A DNA stretch of 61,982 nucleotides, filler included, from Sphacelaria rigidula (Eukaryota), in assembly GCA_964200075.2 (NCBI GenBank). It is 9 parts of 9 records of this genome, joined end to end, with 100 filler letters (N's around TTAATTAATTAA, not from the genome) between each part and the next. Parts side by side here need not be neighbours in the genome. Positions count along the whole stretch, not along the records: positions 34,494 to 41,291 come from CAXNAA020018035.1; positions 41,392 to 48,188 come from CAXNAA020018036.1; positions 48,289 to 55,085 come from CAXNAA020018037.1; 6 more parts are not named here. One strand, 5' to 3'. Made by a program: the position numbers and the translations under genes. This document shows, piece after piece, positions 37,040 through 49,826 of this stretch. Numbering within the stretch: position 1 is the first letter of the stretch; each line of letters begins with the position of its first letter. The notes under the pieces are model-generated. The model was not told the DNA's origin. It did no database searches and worked only from the letters and a program-made list of their open reading frames with translations.

Positions 37040-37121
37040 GTCTTTACATGATGGTCGGCGGGAAACGACGCGTTTCTCTCGTTGAAAGACATGATGTTGA
37101 ACAACTGCGCGCAAACGGTAC

Positions 37122-38786
37122 CTGGAGTATCCCACAGTAACTCCACCCAGTTCGCTTCTTCTGTAGCCGCCCTCGCTCCTGCCCCCGTCTCTGTGTAGAA
37201 GATGCCATCTTCTCCCTTGCCCCGCTCAACATCCCGCTGCCCTCCTCGCTGCGGTCAAGTTCACCCGAAGCGGACTCGACCACGGATGATGGCATCCCAC
37301 CGCCTTGCTTTGCGGAAGTTACAGATGAGGTTGTGGGTCGCGGGGTAACCGCTGCACGAGGGATAGAAGAATGCTCTCGTGCGGGGGAGCTACGTGATGA
37401 CGCTACGGCGGGGGGGGGCGAAGAAGTCGTTGAGCCACCGACGAAAAGGTCCCGCATGGACATCCCTGCGCGCGAAATCCAACCTGGATGGAATTTGTTT
37501 CGTCGTGCGTTCGGGTAGGAGAAAGGGCGGCAGGTTAATATCTCATTATGCGGATAGTATTGCAAGCATGTTGGAACGGTGGTGGTCCTTGGTACAACAT
37601 GCGACGCAGTGCCCAGGAGTATCGTGAAGATGTCAGCTGCAACCGAATAGAACGGAACACCGGGTGAACCGCGCGAATGTTATCGAGATATGATAACTCC
37701 CCGAGATGAAAGCACTGGTTGAATATTCCACTTTACCTGGTCGCGCGGACGGTGTTTCATTTCTCGAGAATTTGAAGAACTTCGCAGACCCCCCTCCCTC
37801 ACGCAACACCTTCAAAATATTGGTCAACCACGCGCAAACACAGTGAGTTAGGGAGCTTATCTGCAGGCACGGCTTGGACCCGAAACCCTTCACACGAAAG
37901 CTCAATGTTGTCGGAATCACAACCCTTTTCCTCTTGATCCAGCCCAAGTTTCGCTTGAACGCCAGCCGCAATTCCACGTCACTCGGTTGCGTGGGAGAAC
38001 CAGAATTCAGACGTATAAAGTACGGGCCCTTTGTTGAACCCCCGAGACTTTGGCGGCACTAGCCATCTTGACACATGCAGGTGCAACAGAGATACGGAAA
38101 CATCGAGACCGACGCTGCATCTGTGGGTCTCGAGAGAGGGACCATACGGTATGCACATGGTAATCACAGGGGCAACAGAATTTCAGGAACATCGTTGCAC
38201 GCACCACACGTGGCTACGTATATACCTTATGCACGTCGACATCGACGACGTTGTTCAACTGTCGGAGAATCGCGGGGGTGAGGATGGGGAACTCAGAGAA
38301 ATCAAAGCCATGTAGCTTCGCCCGAAGAGCCTCGGGCTCCGGCATGTCGGCCTCGTGAAGCCCGTGCTTCACCCGCACCTGTAAAGTATCCGACGCGGCG
38401 ACAGTCACTTGTGGGCGGGTAAATGACGGTGAAGCCAGTGGACGCCAGCGTGTTGTACAAGAACAACCGCGGGCTATGTTGAGCACTACTTCAACTGACT
38501 ATTCCAGTTCGAAAATAAAAGGTCTAAAAAAGAAGTAGGGGAGGAAGGTGTGAGCGAGCACCACAGTTGTACTCCGCAGCGCCGGGGAAAGGTATTCGTC
38601 CAAGGGAAAAATCTACACTGCGCTGTGGTACTGCATAACGGATGGTGTTCGCGTGCGAAAACCAGCCGGTTTCTTCCTGCCATGGTGCGCAGACTTACCG
38701 TCTCCAAGACACCTTCCAGATTGTTCAACAATTCCTCGCGTCGCTTGAGCTTGCCATACATCCACGGCATCTGCTCGCACAAGTAG
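37122..38786 (-). CDS. EHD/RME-1-like protein, internal exons (38786-38699, 38378-38226, 37809-37737, 37483-37122)
   Basis: Phase-consistent GT-AG splicing gives YLCEQMPWMYGKLKRREELLNNLEGVLET|VRVKHGLHEADMPEPEALRAKLHGFDFSEFPILTPAILRQLNNVVDVDVHK|VLREG.., resembling the EHD C-terminal helical region. Confidence 0.78.
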
Positions 38787-39159
38787 CTGAAAGACACGTT
38801 GGGGGAAATGGGTGGAACGTGAGCGGGGGAAATATCGCTACGAGGATCAAGGGGCGAATGGAGATCGTAAAACAACGGATGTACGCTATAGCCGACGGCG
38901 GATGTAAGAAAAAAACGGAACGGGTGTGCCATGACCATGTACAATGCCCATCGGCGAGCACATCTTTGACATGAAATAGACATATATGAGAAGCTCCCTT
39001 CGTCGGGTTCGCTCGTCCCTAGTCGCATGATGTTCATCTCAACTGGCCGGGTACTTCAGAATCTACACTTCGAGAAACGTACAAGTACATATCGGCACTT
39101 GGGATCGACATGCGACAGAAAATCTACGTAGACCGGATGAATAAAAAATATATATTTAT

Positions 39160-39270
39160 TTGATTGATTGTCGCACTTCAACTGGCCACCCATGGGTCCA
39201 GCCGTGGTCGCATGATAGACGTACGTACCCAAGAAAACGAAAACTGAAACACTCGTTCAAGAGAACGGAG
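39160..39270 (-). repeat. Retroposon-like 3' end with a (CAAT)n tail; second copy at about 39690-39800
   Basis: tcgcactt.aactg.cc.ccca.gg.tccagccgtg.tcg.atgatag present twice; tail caatcaatcaaat on the minus strand. Confidence 0.6.
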
Positions 39271-41014
39271 GAGCAGAAAAAAGTCGAACAGAACGGCATA
39301 GACTAAGTCGTGAAACAAAACAAAAAAACAATAAAAGAAAAAGCACAGAAAGAGATGGTCTACCTGAAAAAAAATGGAAAGGAGCAGAACAATATATACA
39401 TGTATGTGCGGGATTTAGTTTTCGTCGGCCTTGTTTGTGTTTAAAAAGCATCCATGATGTGGCTGTTGATTTACTGAGCATGTCCACCAGTGTGTAGAGA
39501 AGGTGACGACCCAAGCAATGAGATAGTGCCCCGCTTTCCATCCCCGACTTAATGGCGCGGGCAGGGCGAACGAATCATTACAAGCGCTATTTTTGCAGTC
39601 GGGAGTTTCTCTACCCTCGGATTATCGGAACCATGAGTTTGAGACCAGTTGCAACAACAGCCCTAGGTTGACTGGTTTGATTGGTTGATTTATTTTGATA
39701 AATTATCGCACTTTAACTGACCCCCCACGGATCCAGCCGTGATCGTATGATAGATGTACCCGCGACAAAACAAAACTGGCACACTTGCTGAAGAAAAGTG
39801 AATGAAAAAGGTGCGGTAGAACAGAACAACGCAGTCGACTGATGACTGTTGCATACCAAGAGGTGTTTTTTCGAATCCAGTAACGGTCACAAGATATTCG
39901 CACCCACGGGAAAATCACACGGAAGGCATTCGAGAAAGAAAACTCGAGAGATGGGGAAACGTGGAAATAAGAAGGGAGAAGCACAAAAATAAAATCACGG
40001 AAGAAAAGACATGAAATCAAAAATCATGAATGGCTGCAGGCTACGACTTTCTAGTCTCGAGCATGGCAATGATTTTGAACGAGACATGAAATAGTGTATA
40101 TGTTGTCGCCGTTTGCGAGAGATTGGAACTCCAATTTGGAAAATCAAAGGGTGTTTGCTTGCTTCCGCTACGTTCGGAAATTTTGCGAGGGTGTGTTGGG
40201 CAGAACATTTCCTACTTTTGGGTATTATGAAAAATCGAACTCTAAGGCAAAGTATCGAGATCGTACTCACCAACAACCAGATATTGGATAGAGTACTGCG
40301 ATCGCAACTACACCCAATATTACGGAGTTCGGACCATCGCAACACAATATTCGGGAGAGTAAACACCCACGTCTTTAACCTACCCCGGCACATCCTTAAA
40401 AGGTTAGACCATTGCACACAACCCACAGCCGATTGAAAATATCACGAGCTGTGGGTTCGACTTCAACAAATGACACGTCGCTGGTCATGTGGTTCAAACC
40501 CGTTACCGTTTCGAGAATTGCGTAAAAATTGAGACTCTTGACAGAAACTTTCCCCGTGACGTCTTGCTAAAAGTTGAGAGCATGCCCCGAAAATATTTCA
40601 AATCTGCTGCAGACAATGAAATGGCGGACAAGCGAACAGAGCACCGCCATACATCGAGGTTTGTCACATATTGATCTTCCTCTTTTTAGTGCAGTTACCT
40701 TGCACCATCGTTCACCATTCTGAATTGAATATTTACCGGCAATTTCGCAGATCTCATGTATCATGATCGCCTACAGTGGGTATAATCAATATCTGTACCC
40801 GATACATGAGATCGGCTGATTATACGCGTAAGCAAAGCGTAGCGACCGTCTGGAATTGGCGTGCAAACGTCACGCACGAGCGGGGGGACGGCTGAGAGCG
40901 CCAGGTGGCAGAGTTGTCATGCTGAACAGTATAATAATTTCAATCCGGCAATGAAACATGTAGAAACACATACAGGCTGGGCCAGCTGAGAGTGTTTCTT
41001 AAATGTATTTTGGC

Positions 41015-41287
41015 GATGCTGTGGGTAATGTGAAGAGTTGGGCACTGAAATTTTGACACAACATTTGTATCATAACTGCGCACAGCATTCCTCGAGGTGC
41101 ATTCGCAAAAATGTATATACAGGAAGTTAGATCGATTTGAAGTTTTTGTAAAAACTAGAAAAATGCTGTAACACCGTGAAAAAAATAAAGAAATACGGAT
41201 GCACCTCGAGAAATGTTGTGCGCAGTGATAATCAACATGTTGTGTCAAAATTTCAGCGCCTAAATCTTCGAATTACCCACAGCATCC
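41015..41287. mobile_element. MITE with TIRs of about 90 bp
   Basis: gatgctgtgggtaat..ctgaaattttgacacaacat..ctcgaggtgcat and its reverse complement. Confidence 0.75.
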
Positions 41288-41291
41288 ACTT

Positions 41292-41391
41292 NNNNNNNNN
41301 NNNNNNNNNNNNNNNNNNNNNNNNNNNNNNNNNNNTTAATTAATTAANNNNNNNNNNNNNNNNNNNNNNNNNNNNNNNNNNNNNNNNNNNN
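41292..41391. other. Artificial contig linker
   Basis: N44-TTAATTAATTAA-N44. Confidence 0.98.
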
Positions 41392-41699
41392 GTCTTATGA
41401 CTATGGCATGCATGATCATGAGTACACCCTCTCGCTCACCCGTGTACCTTGGCTGTGGGGAATATGCATCTACAAGAGTATCTACATCATACAGTGATCG
41501 CACCTCAGTGGAAACCCGCGAGGGATATGCCCGTGGTGCAGTCCTACACCAGAGTGAAGCTTGTGTGTGAAGCTTGTGGTATCGCTCTTCCACGGGGAGA
41601 CGGTGCAAGCTTTATGAAGAGCAGAAGCTGAAGTCGAATTGAGGATCGGAGTGGTGGAAGTGGGAAGTGAGAACGAGGGGGGGCCTCCTCCCAACATCA

Positions 41700-41910
41700 G
41701 AAAACACGAGAACTCCGAACACACAAACACAAGAACTCCTCAACACATGAACACAAGAACTCCTCAACACATGAACACAAGAACTCCTGAGCAATTATAC
41801 ACACGAAGAAACTCTTGACACACAAATGCAAGAACTCCTCAACATAAAACACAAGAACTCCTCGACATATAACACAAAACCTCCCGAGCACACACACGAA
41901 AGACTCCTGG
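41700..41910. repeat. 24-bp minisatellite (aacacaagaactcctcaacacatg)n
   Basis: Read directly; several degenerate copies. Confidence 0.85.
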
Positions 41911-42009
41911 CTGTGTGGAAACTCGTCATCGAATACAGCGGGGAGACATGGACCAATTAAAACCACGGAAACATACTTGAGTTTTGGATTATGTTTTTTT
42001 CGCATTTTG

Positions 42010-43110
42010 TAGTCAGGCCGTGTCTCCAGGCCGTCTCTTTGGGCGTGTCTTGTCACTTTTGTTTTCGACCGAAAAAGTGCGATCGACTTTTTTTTGCCGA
42101 TCTTATAGGTCCACCGCATTTATGTTCCTTGAAGTCTTCAACTCAAACTTAGGGCGTGTCTTGGGCCTGTCTCAGCACCTTTTTTTTCGATCGAAAAAGT
42201 GCGGTCGAATTTGTTTTGGCCGATCTCATAGGTCCACCGCATTTATGTTCCTCGGAGGCTTCAACTCAAAGTTATAATTCGTGGCGCGCGGAGAAGAATG
42301 CAACGAGGGAAAAAACAATCGTTTTCGATCGAAAACATGCGGTCGAAAGGTACGAAGCGGCACTTGACTCCAATCTTAAAGGCCACCACGCCAAATAACA
42401 CCTGTTCAGAGGATCATGCAAACTCCATCCAATTCATTCTCAGCTACCACCGCAACCCTGCAGCATATAGAGCATGAGTTGAGCACAGGGATAGATACAC
42501 TGCATGCCGTTGTCGAGTGTTGTTGTTGTCTTCAAATTAAAAAGTCGTTCCTGTATCTGCGCAGTGCTGTACTGGGCATCTGACTCGGACGTCTTCCGTG
42601 GTCACAGGCTACTACCCTTGCTTATTTTTTTGTCGGCGAAAACTTGCACACATGTTCTCTCATCGTGAGCATCAGGGACGGAACTGCGTGGTACGGTGGG
42701 CAACCGAGTTGCGTGCACGCTCATGGACAGTGCAGGCAGTACAAAGCTGCACGTTGCTGAAGTTATTTTAACGTCGCTTTGTAAGCAGAGAGAACTGATG
42801 GTCCTGAGTTGTCTGCACTGTACATTGCGCGCTTCTCCTTCATATCTCCCTGCACGAAACACGCACACACGCACTCAAGACACCCTACTTATTGCAAGCA
42901 GTGCGAACAGTACAGACTGCCTGTACTGTACACGAGTGACCATGTACCGTTTCACGAATGCCACAGGCTTTTTTCAATCGAAAGCTTGAAAATCCATCCG
43001 GACCCAATTGCATCAAAACGAGAATTTTTCGCTCAGATCGATTCCACCGCCTCATTTTTTCGATCGAAAGCAAAAGTGCTAAGACAGGCCGTTAAACCGA
43101 ACAGTCGGTT
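42010..43110. mobile_element. MITE-like element with a tandem duplication of about 123 bp in its left end
   Basis: Duplicated cga.cgaaaaagtgcg.tcga..ataggtccaccgcatttatgttcct..ttcaactcaaa; inverted match near 43060-43090. Confidence 0.5.
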
Positions 43111-43124
43111 CAAGAGACAACCTC

Positions 43125-43605
43125 CCTGAGGCCAACTCTAAAGGGAGGCGTTCAAAATTCCTTTCGGAAACTGCCCTTTGGGCCCTTCTCCGTCCATTTA
43201 CGCCCGAAAAGAGGGCCAGGCGGAAGTTGACGCCGTGGAATTACTTGCTCTACTCGTTGATACCGTTCCAGAGCAACGTTGCATTTCCCGCTAGCCGCAC
43301 TTTTATTTTTGGCCAAAGCAGGCCGAACACGGATTTTCAGTAAAAAACGATCAGGTGATCAAAATTTCCCGCTGTTTTTGGATCGCTTGACCGTTTTTCT
43401 TTAATAATCCGTGTTTCGCCAAAAATAAGGATGCGGCCAGCGGGAAATGCAAAGTTGCCCCGGAAAGGTCTTACTGAGTAGAGCGAGTCGTTCCAAGGCG
43501 TCAACATCCGCCTAGCCCTCTTTTCAGGCTTGAAACGATGGAGAAGGGCCAAAAAGGCAGTTTTGAACAGAAATTTGAACGGTTCCCATCAGAGTCGGGC
43601 TCAGG
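43125..43605. mobile_element. Fold-back element, near-complete hairpin of about 480 bp
   Basis: Arms are reverse-complementary over nearly their whole length (cctgag.cc.actct..cgttcaaa..cccttctcc..gttgacgcc..ttgcatttcccgct). Confidence 0.85.
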
Positions 43606-46600
43606 CCGCTTCTCATGCACTGAACAAAGAATAAGAGGAAAGTCATTTTGGACGACTTTCTCCAGAGAAATCAGTTTCCAAACCCCCACATTTTGGTCCA
43701 TGAAAAAATCCTGGGGATTTGTACACCCGAGGCCGTCATCTAGCCTGCGTGCAGACGCAGGGGTGATCAATTGCATTTTGCGCTTGTGCCACCTGCGGTA
43801 AACCAGCACGTGAATAATCCCGTCGAGGCACAGGATGGATAGGATGGCAACACACACACGCACACGCACAGTAGCTACTGGTATGATGGGAATCGAAACG
43901 ATGGGCGTATCAGCCCTCACTTCAGCCGATCGCCGCTTGGTACAGCAGTCATGTCGCAAGCGGCGCAATGTGTGCAGCAGACGGTTCGTGCCATACCGCA
44001 CACAACAAATTCACGTGACAGTTAGTATTGCGGTAGCAACCATCTCAGTACAAATAATACTAAAGAGTCCGCAATCGGTGGCGAGCACGACGAGCATGAA
44101 ATGATACGACCAGTCAACGCAGCCAGCAGGGGCGACATCGTGCTATTTTACGGTAGTAACGCTGCCGGCTAAAAAACACTGTACTGTCTGTACTGTCTGT
44201 CCCTGGTCCTACGGTCATGAAGAGGATGCACGGAGTGCTGAAGCAGCTGTGCTGTTGGCACTGACTGTACTGCGCTTGTATGCGAGGAGTGTGCGATGGA
44301 GCGATGGAGCACTGACTGTACCATTGCGGGTGCGGTATGCGAGGAATGTATGGTAAAACGACAATTCCCAGACAGAGAAAAGTCTTGTGAATCGATGGCT
44401 TTTCGCAGAGAGGTTTGTCAAAATCCCGCTGTCTACAAATTGTGGCCAGTCTCCAGAGCTTTTTTCCATGAAAAATGGCCCTACAAGGTCGCATTCTGAA
44501 AAAAATCTCTGGAGACTGACCGAAACAATTTTTCTCAAGAGATATTTTTCAGTCTAAAAGAAGCGGCCTTAGAGCCACTCTTATGGCAATGGATCTCGAT
44601 TTGTTTGGGACCCCGACTTTGAAAAAATCGGAGGGACCGTTTCATGGCACAGACAGTACAGTATCACAGATTTGTGTATCACAGATTTGTGAAACGGTTC
44701 TGTACACAGACGATCATTTTATGAATAAGTGTGGTAGTACGTACTCGTGCAGGGAGCCGAAGAGCAGGCAGGCGGTACACAATCCTTCAAGTACACTGTC
44801 GTATCTTGGTACCCTGGGGTAATACAGTGCAGGACACTACATCAGTACAGTACACGATAATGCCGTGTGGTAGTACATGATGGCACATCCGGTACTGCGA
44901 GAACAGAGAACAAATAGTGCTCGAGCAGAGTTCAGTAGTGCAGTGCCGTACATCACCCCTCAAGTACAGCGACAACAGCTGGGAGAGTACAGTAGCGTTC
45001 GTTATCGTGATACATATGGCAGCGCAGCACAGCACAAAATATTACCATCGCCGCAGGGCACGGCGTTAGGACTTTTTCTCCGCTTATCAAACCCCGTGTG
45101 AAGTTGCTCCAGTACCTGCGGCGGGCAGTAGGCATGTTCTGTGCTGTCACGAGACTGTCTTCTGCTGCCGTTGCAAAAATATCAAATGCCTCGTACTCTG
45201 GCAGTGTATGTCAATGCGCGTACGCCACCTGAAAAAAATCGGGGGAGTCACGATCTCGGAACGATTTCCTCCGATTTTCTCGAAAAATCGGAGGAAATCG
45301 TGACCCCCGATTTTTCGCCCCCGATTTGGTCCAATTTCATGTCCATAAAAAGAGTTCCCCGATTTCATGTCCCCTCGATTTTGAAAAAATCAACATTCGT
45401 GCCTGCCGTGAAAGTGGGTCTTAAACCAAGGATGCTAAAAAAAATGCTCCGGGACTTCATGTACCCGCGCCCCCCTCCCTCCCCCTCCGGCGGTCGTAGT
45501 TTTTTTTCTTCAGATTAAGAAACACTCGGTAAATAACTATTTTGGGGCGACTTGGGTGAGGTAGCGCCCATGATTGTTGGCTCTATCTGCCACCACAAGA
45601 TGCGACGCATATTGGACGCAAATTGGCAGTGCAGATAGATGCGTTTGGCTTGATTGAGCAAGAGTTGCAGAGCATTGTGATATTCGTATGGTCTCGTTCT
45701 TGTCGTGGAAGCGTGATGTGCAATGCACTGCCCAAACCCATAAATATACAGTAACTTGACCTTACTTGGCTCCGAAGGTATGTGAAGAATTAAAGCTTAT
45801 TAACACCAATTTTTATTTTTAATATGCTTGTTGAATTATTCTTATTTTTTATCAATGTATGAGATTTAGTGACCCCCCCCCCCCGGAATACTCCAGGATT
45901 CAAAAAAGGGACACAGGGTCTGGGATTTTTTTCAGCACCCCTGCTTGAACCGAATGTATCAGTAATTGACAGTTTTTGAAGGGCCGGGCCGCTTGTGCCG
46001 TGTTGCCGAATCAAAGTGTTGAAGGAGCATTTCATATCGTTTACACAAAATTATTGTGCGCTACAGGACCCACATCCAGCACGATCCCCCCTGGTTGTTA
46101 TGGAGAAATCGATATATTCCGTGGTATCAAAGTTATCCCCGAATCATCCAGTGTTTTTCCTTTTCAATGACATGGAGGCGATGTCCAGAAATATATCATA
46201 TCATCCACGGCAATAAGCTGATACAGTCATCCTCCAAGACTTGAAAACATCGTGGCCTGATGAGGCACAGACATTCTTCGAAGAAATGTCTGCACATCAG
46301 CACGGATAACTGGCGGCACAGAGCCAGCTTTAGCGCACGTCTCGACGGGGTGGGCAAGCAGATATGTCGCTGCGTAGACGGGAAGCATTTGTTGTCCGAC
46401 GTAGAGGTGCGCGAATACTAGCACCACTATGATAGTCTATCTCATTCTACCTGCGGGGGCGTCCAGGGTTGACCTAAGTCGATCGCCGCGATGATTTTTG
46501 TTTGCATTTTTATTTGCAACATTTTGGCCCAAAATTAACCCGACATTTGTCACTCAACCCTCGAATGGGAAAAAATGCCCTGACTTTCAGCGAAACGAAT

Positions 46601-46624
46601 CAGAAGTTAACAGCCCCCTTTCAA

Positions 46625-46722
46625 CCCCTTGACCGTCATGGTGGGTCATATGTTGAATCGGCCTCATTTTTACTTTGAAACTGGGTGCATGACCCAGATG
46701 ACCTACTCTCGCGGTCACGGGG
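46625..46722. mobile_element. piggyBac-like mini-MITE
   Basis: TIRs CCCCTTGACCG / CGGTCACGGGG flanked by TCAA and TTAA; homologue at 61290-61378. Confidence 0.6.
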
Positions 46723-48070
46723 TTAAAAAACGTCGTTGTTCGTATGCCACTATAATAACTTATATATCAGTATATGATATACTCACCCTAAAATTCACAC
46801 CAAAACAGCATGTAAATCACATCTGTACCATGATGCTCAGTAGCGTTCATCACTTGATCAGTTCAAGAACCCTCTCGGAAAGGTGAAGGTAGAGTTACTT
46901 CACAATTGAAAGAATCGGAAGGTTTTAATCTACCGAGTGGTGGGCTGACGTAATGATGCTCTTTTCCTCTCAGACAGCGGCAAAACGAAATGTAGAATAT
47001 CTCGTGAAATTTCGTCTCTATGGAATTAAAACAAAAAAAACTTAAGATGTAGATACGAAGATGCGTTCGCCACACTCTATTTTTGAAATCTATTCTTGGA
47101 TATCGCGTAGGAAGATGAAAAAACGACCTCATAGATACACCTTTTCTTCAAAAACGTCGTCCGTTCCTGCAAGGAAAAGCGGCTTATGGCAAGAACTGTC
47201 ATAGTCCGGCGTCATAATTGTCCTCTGAGAAGTACAGCCCCCAGATCCGAATAATGCTGTTCACTGTAAAGTCGAGAAGTCATCGTTAACCATGGGTTTT
47301 CGACCAAAGCGTAAGCTCTACTGAAACAAAATAATGCTTCTCAGAATTCTACGCCTGGAGAAGAGGTTTCCAGCGGTGTCTTTGAATTTCGGAACAATCA
47401 CCCCCCACCCCGAAAATTGGTGTACCTAGGTGGTGTGGTGGTGTGTCACAAAATTAAGGAATGATCCTGGATGCACCGTATATTTTACGAGAAATGCAGC
47501 ACCGTACGTAGGCTTTCACTCGGCACGGTATTTTGATACCCGTAGTGAGACAACTGGGGTCGTTCACATGACGTGTAATTTTGAGGTGTGCGGCATCTGT
47601 AAGCGCACGGAGAGATAGGATGATGAGTGAACGAGTATTATAATAACATATTTTCGAGACTTTGGAGATTGATCACGTACTGCATAAAAAGAGTATTAGC
47701 GAAATAATTTTTTTCAGGGGCCGGTCTGAGGTCGACTCTTGCGGAAGGCGATCTGGATCTGCAAGAAGTTACCTTGGACCACTCGGGTGCCTTGAGTAGA
47801 ATTGCCTAATCTGAAACCCTTTGCCCCGCCAGTGTCAAGTGTTACGAGTTTTGTCCGCGGGCAATCCCGCAGGTGTGGGGAGAATGGCCTTGTGTTGGCG
47901 TAGATGGACGCTAGATTGACATGACTGGTGAGCGCAAGTTGCTCAAAACTACACGTTTCAGCCAATAGGTGTGCAGCAGCCATTGCCGTGATTCATGCAG
48001 AAGGTGCATGTTTTCCCCTTCACTGATATGTATGACTAGGTGTACGGCTGGGGCGATCACCCCTACTTTT

Positions 48071-48188
48071 CTGAATGTTGGAGGTATCTCTTTTAGGAGC
48101 AGGAACGGTCCTCCGTCCCGAAAGGGATGCGTGGTCAATGGTCAAACGACTAAGGCAAGCAACAATTGAGTACGCCCCGCCCCCCCCC
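48071..48188 (+). mobile_element. Short LINE 3' end with an oligo(C) tail, at the contig end
   Basis: NVGGISFRSRNGPPSRKGCVVNGQTTKASNN* then gtacgccccgcccccc. Confidence 0.8.
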
Positions 48189-48288
48189 NNNNNNNNNNNN
48201 NNNNNNNNNNNNNNNNNNNNNNNNNNNNNNNNTTAATTAATTAANNNNNNNNNNNNNNNNNNNNNNNNNNNNNNNNNNNNNNNNNNNN
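48189..48288. other. Artificial contig linker
   Basis: N44-TTAATTAATTAA-N44. Confidence 0.98.
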
Positions 48289-49826
48289 TGTACACTACTG
48301 TTCGCTGAACAGTAGTTGGTCTGTCGTAAGGACAGTGCCACGACCACGAATTATTCCAACTGAAAGCACCTCATATGGGAGGCATTGGCGAAAACGATCC
48401 CAAGCGTGGGCGTCCCCAGCTGCTCGGTGTGCTCGACTCTTTCCCTTCTTGATTCACATGCAGATTTTACCTCCTCAAATCAACCACTCCTCTGAGGGGG
48501 GGGGGGGGCTGTCGCGGCATTAGTCTCACCACGGGTGTCGTGTAAGAAGCAGGCGGTATATGTTACAAGTGCTGGTACGGTGCCCAAAATAACCGAAGAT
48601 TCATTATCCGAAGGTGGCAATGAGTTGTGTGTATGAGGGATCCCACGCTCCGGTGATGTGAATCATTTCCTACGTTGCTCGTGTATGTCCATGTGCACGT
48701 GCACGTTTCGCGGACGAATGACACTCAACATGCACTTGCCTTCTCGTGTACTACTGTAGTACGTCACTGTCGTGGCGTGGCCATTGGGTAATAATTCTGG
48801 CTCGTGGTGTACGCGCCGGTGGGGGCGAATGCCAACCCCGTTTTCCCTCATTGAATATGATTTTGTTTTTTGTCGATTCACTCTTGGCGTCGATGATTAT
48901 GGACCATGACTATTATACTGCGCATGCAGCACCTTGAAAGGCGAACCGTGTTCAATATTTCATGCCTTGACTTCTTGGCTTTACTCTTCCACGAGTACGG
49001 TACACCTACATCATGTCCCCTATTGAGCACGTTAGTAGTGCATTATTTATTATACCATTTGCTCCCTGTGTGTACCAACATTTTCCGGTCCTTTGAAGGA
49101 TGGGGTGCCCTCTTCTTGGTCGGTAATCTCTGGCGGGCACTAAGTTTCTTGGTTTACGCTTATTTACTTGGTTAACTAGTCGATGGTGTTACATTACTCC
49201 CACCGTGACCACAACGGTTAGAAACTACACAAGTTGAAATATGTTGTTGTACCAAGCACATTTATAGTACCCGCAAGACGAACGAACATGAGCACACTCA
49301 CCTGAGGTGGCAAGACACCAATGACTGCAGCTAAGCGTGACTGAATCGACCCAGCAAAAGCTTAACCCAAGGATAGGCACGCCTCCATACGCACAGCAAG
49401 CACCGTCAGACGAAGCTCAAGTCTCATATCTTTCTCACAGTGCCAGCCTATGCATGCACCCTACGAGTTTACTTTTTCTATGCGGGATGGATGCCTAGCT
49501 TCAAGTATAACATCGACTTTGTCTGCTGATGTTCACTCACGAGGAGTGCTTTTCATGGGGAGGGGCGGGGCTACAGATTGTCACGATTGATTCCAGTCAA
49601 AGGAAGGCCCCCCACCCCCCCCGTTCTCAGTCGGGTTTTATTATTCCATCAGCCCCTCAATAGTCAAATTTTGATTGATCTCTGAGCGTAAGACAATCGT
49701 CACTCGAAACTTGTCGTCCGAAATTTACTTCTCGACGATTCTTCACTCGATCTACCCTAACAAGCAAGCCTACACCCCCTTCCTGTCCGCTCCACTTTCC
49801 GTGCCCCTGCTCGTGCCATTATCCAG

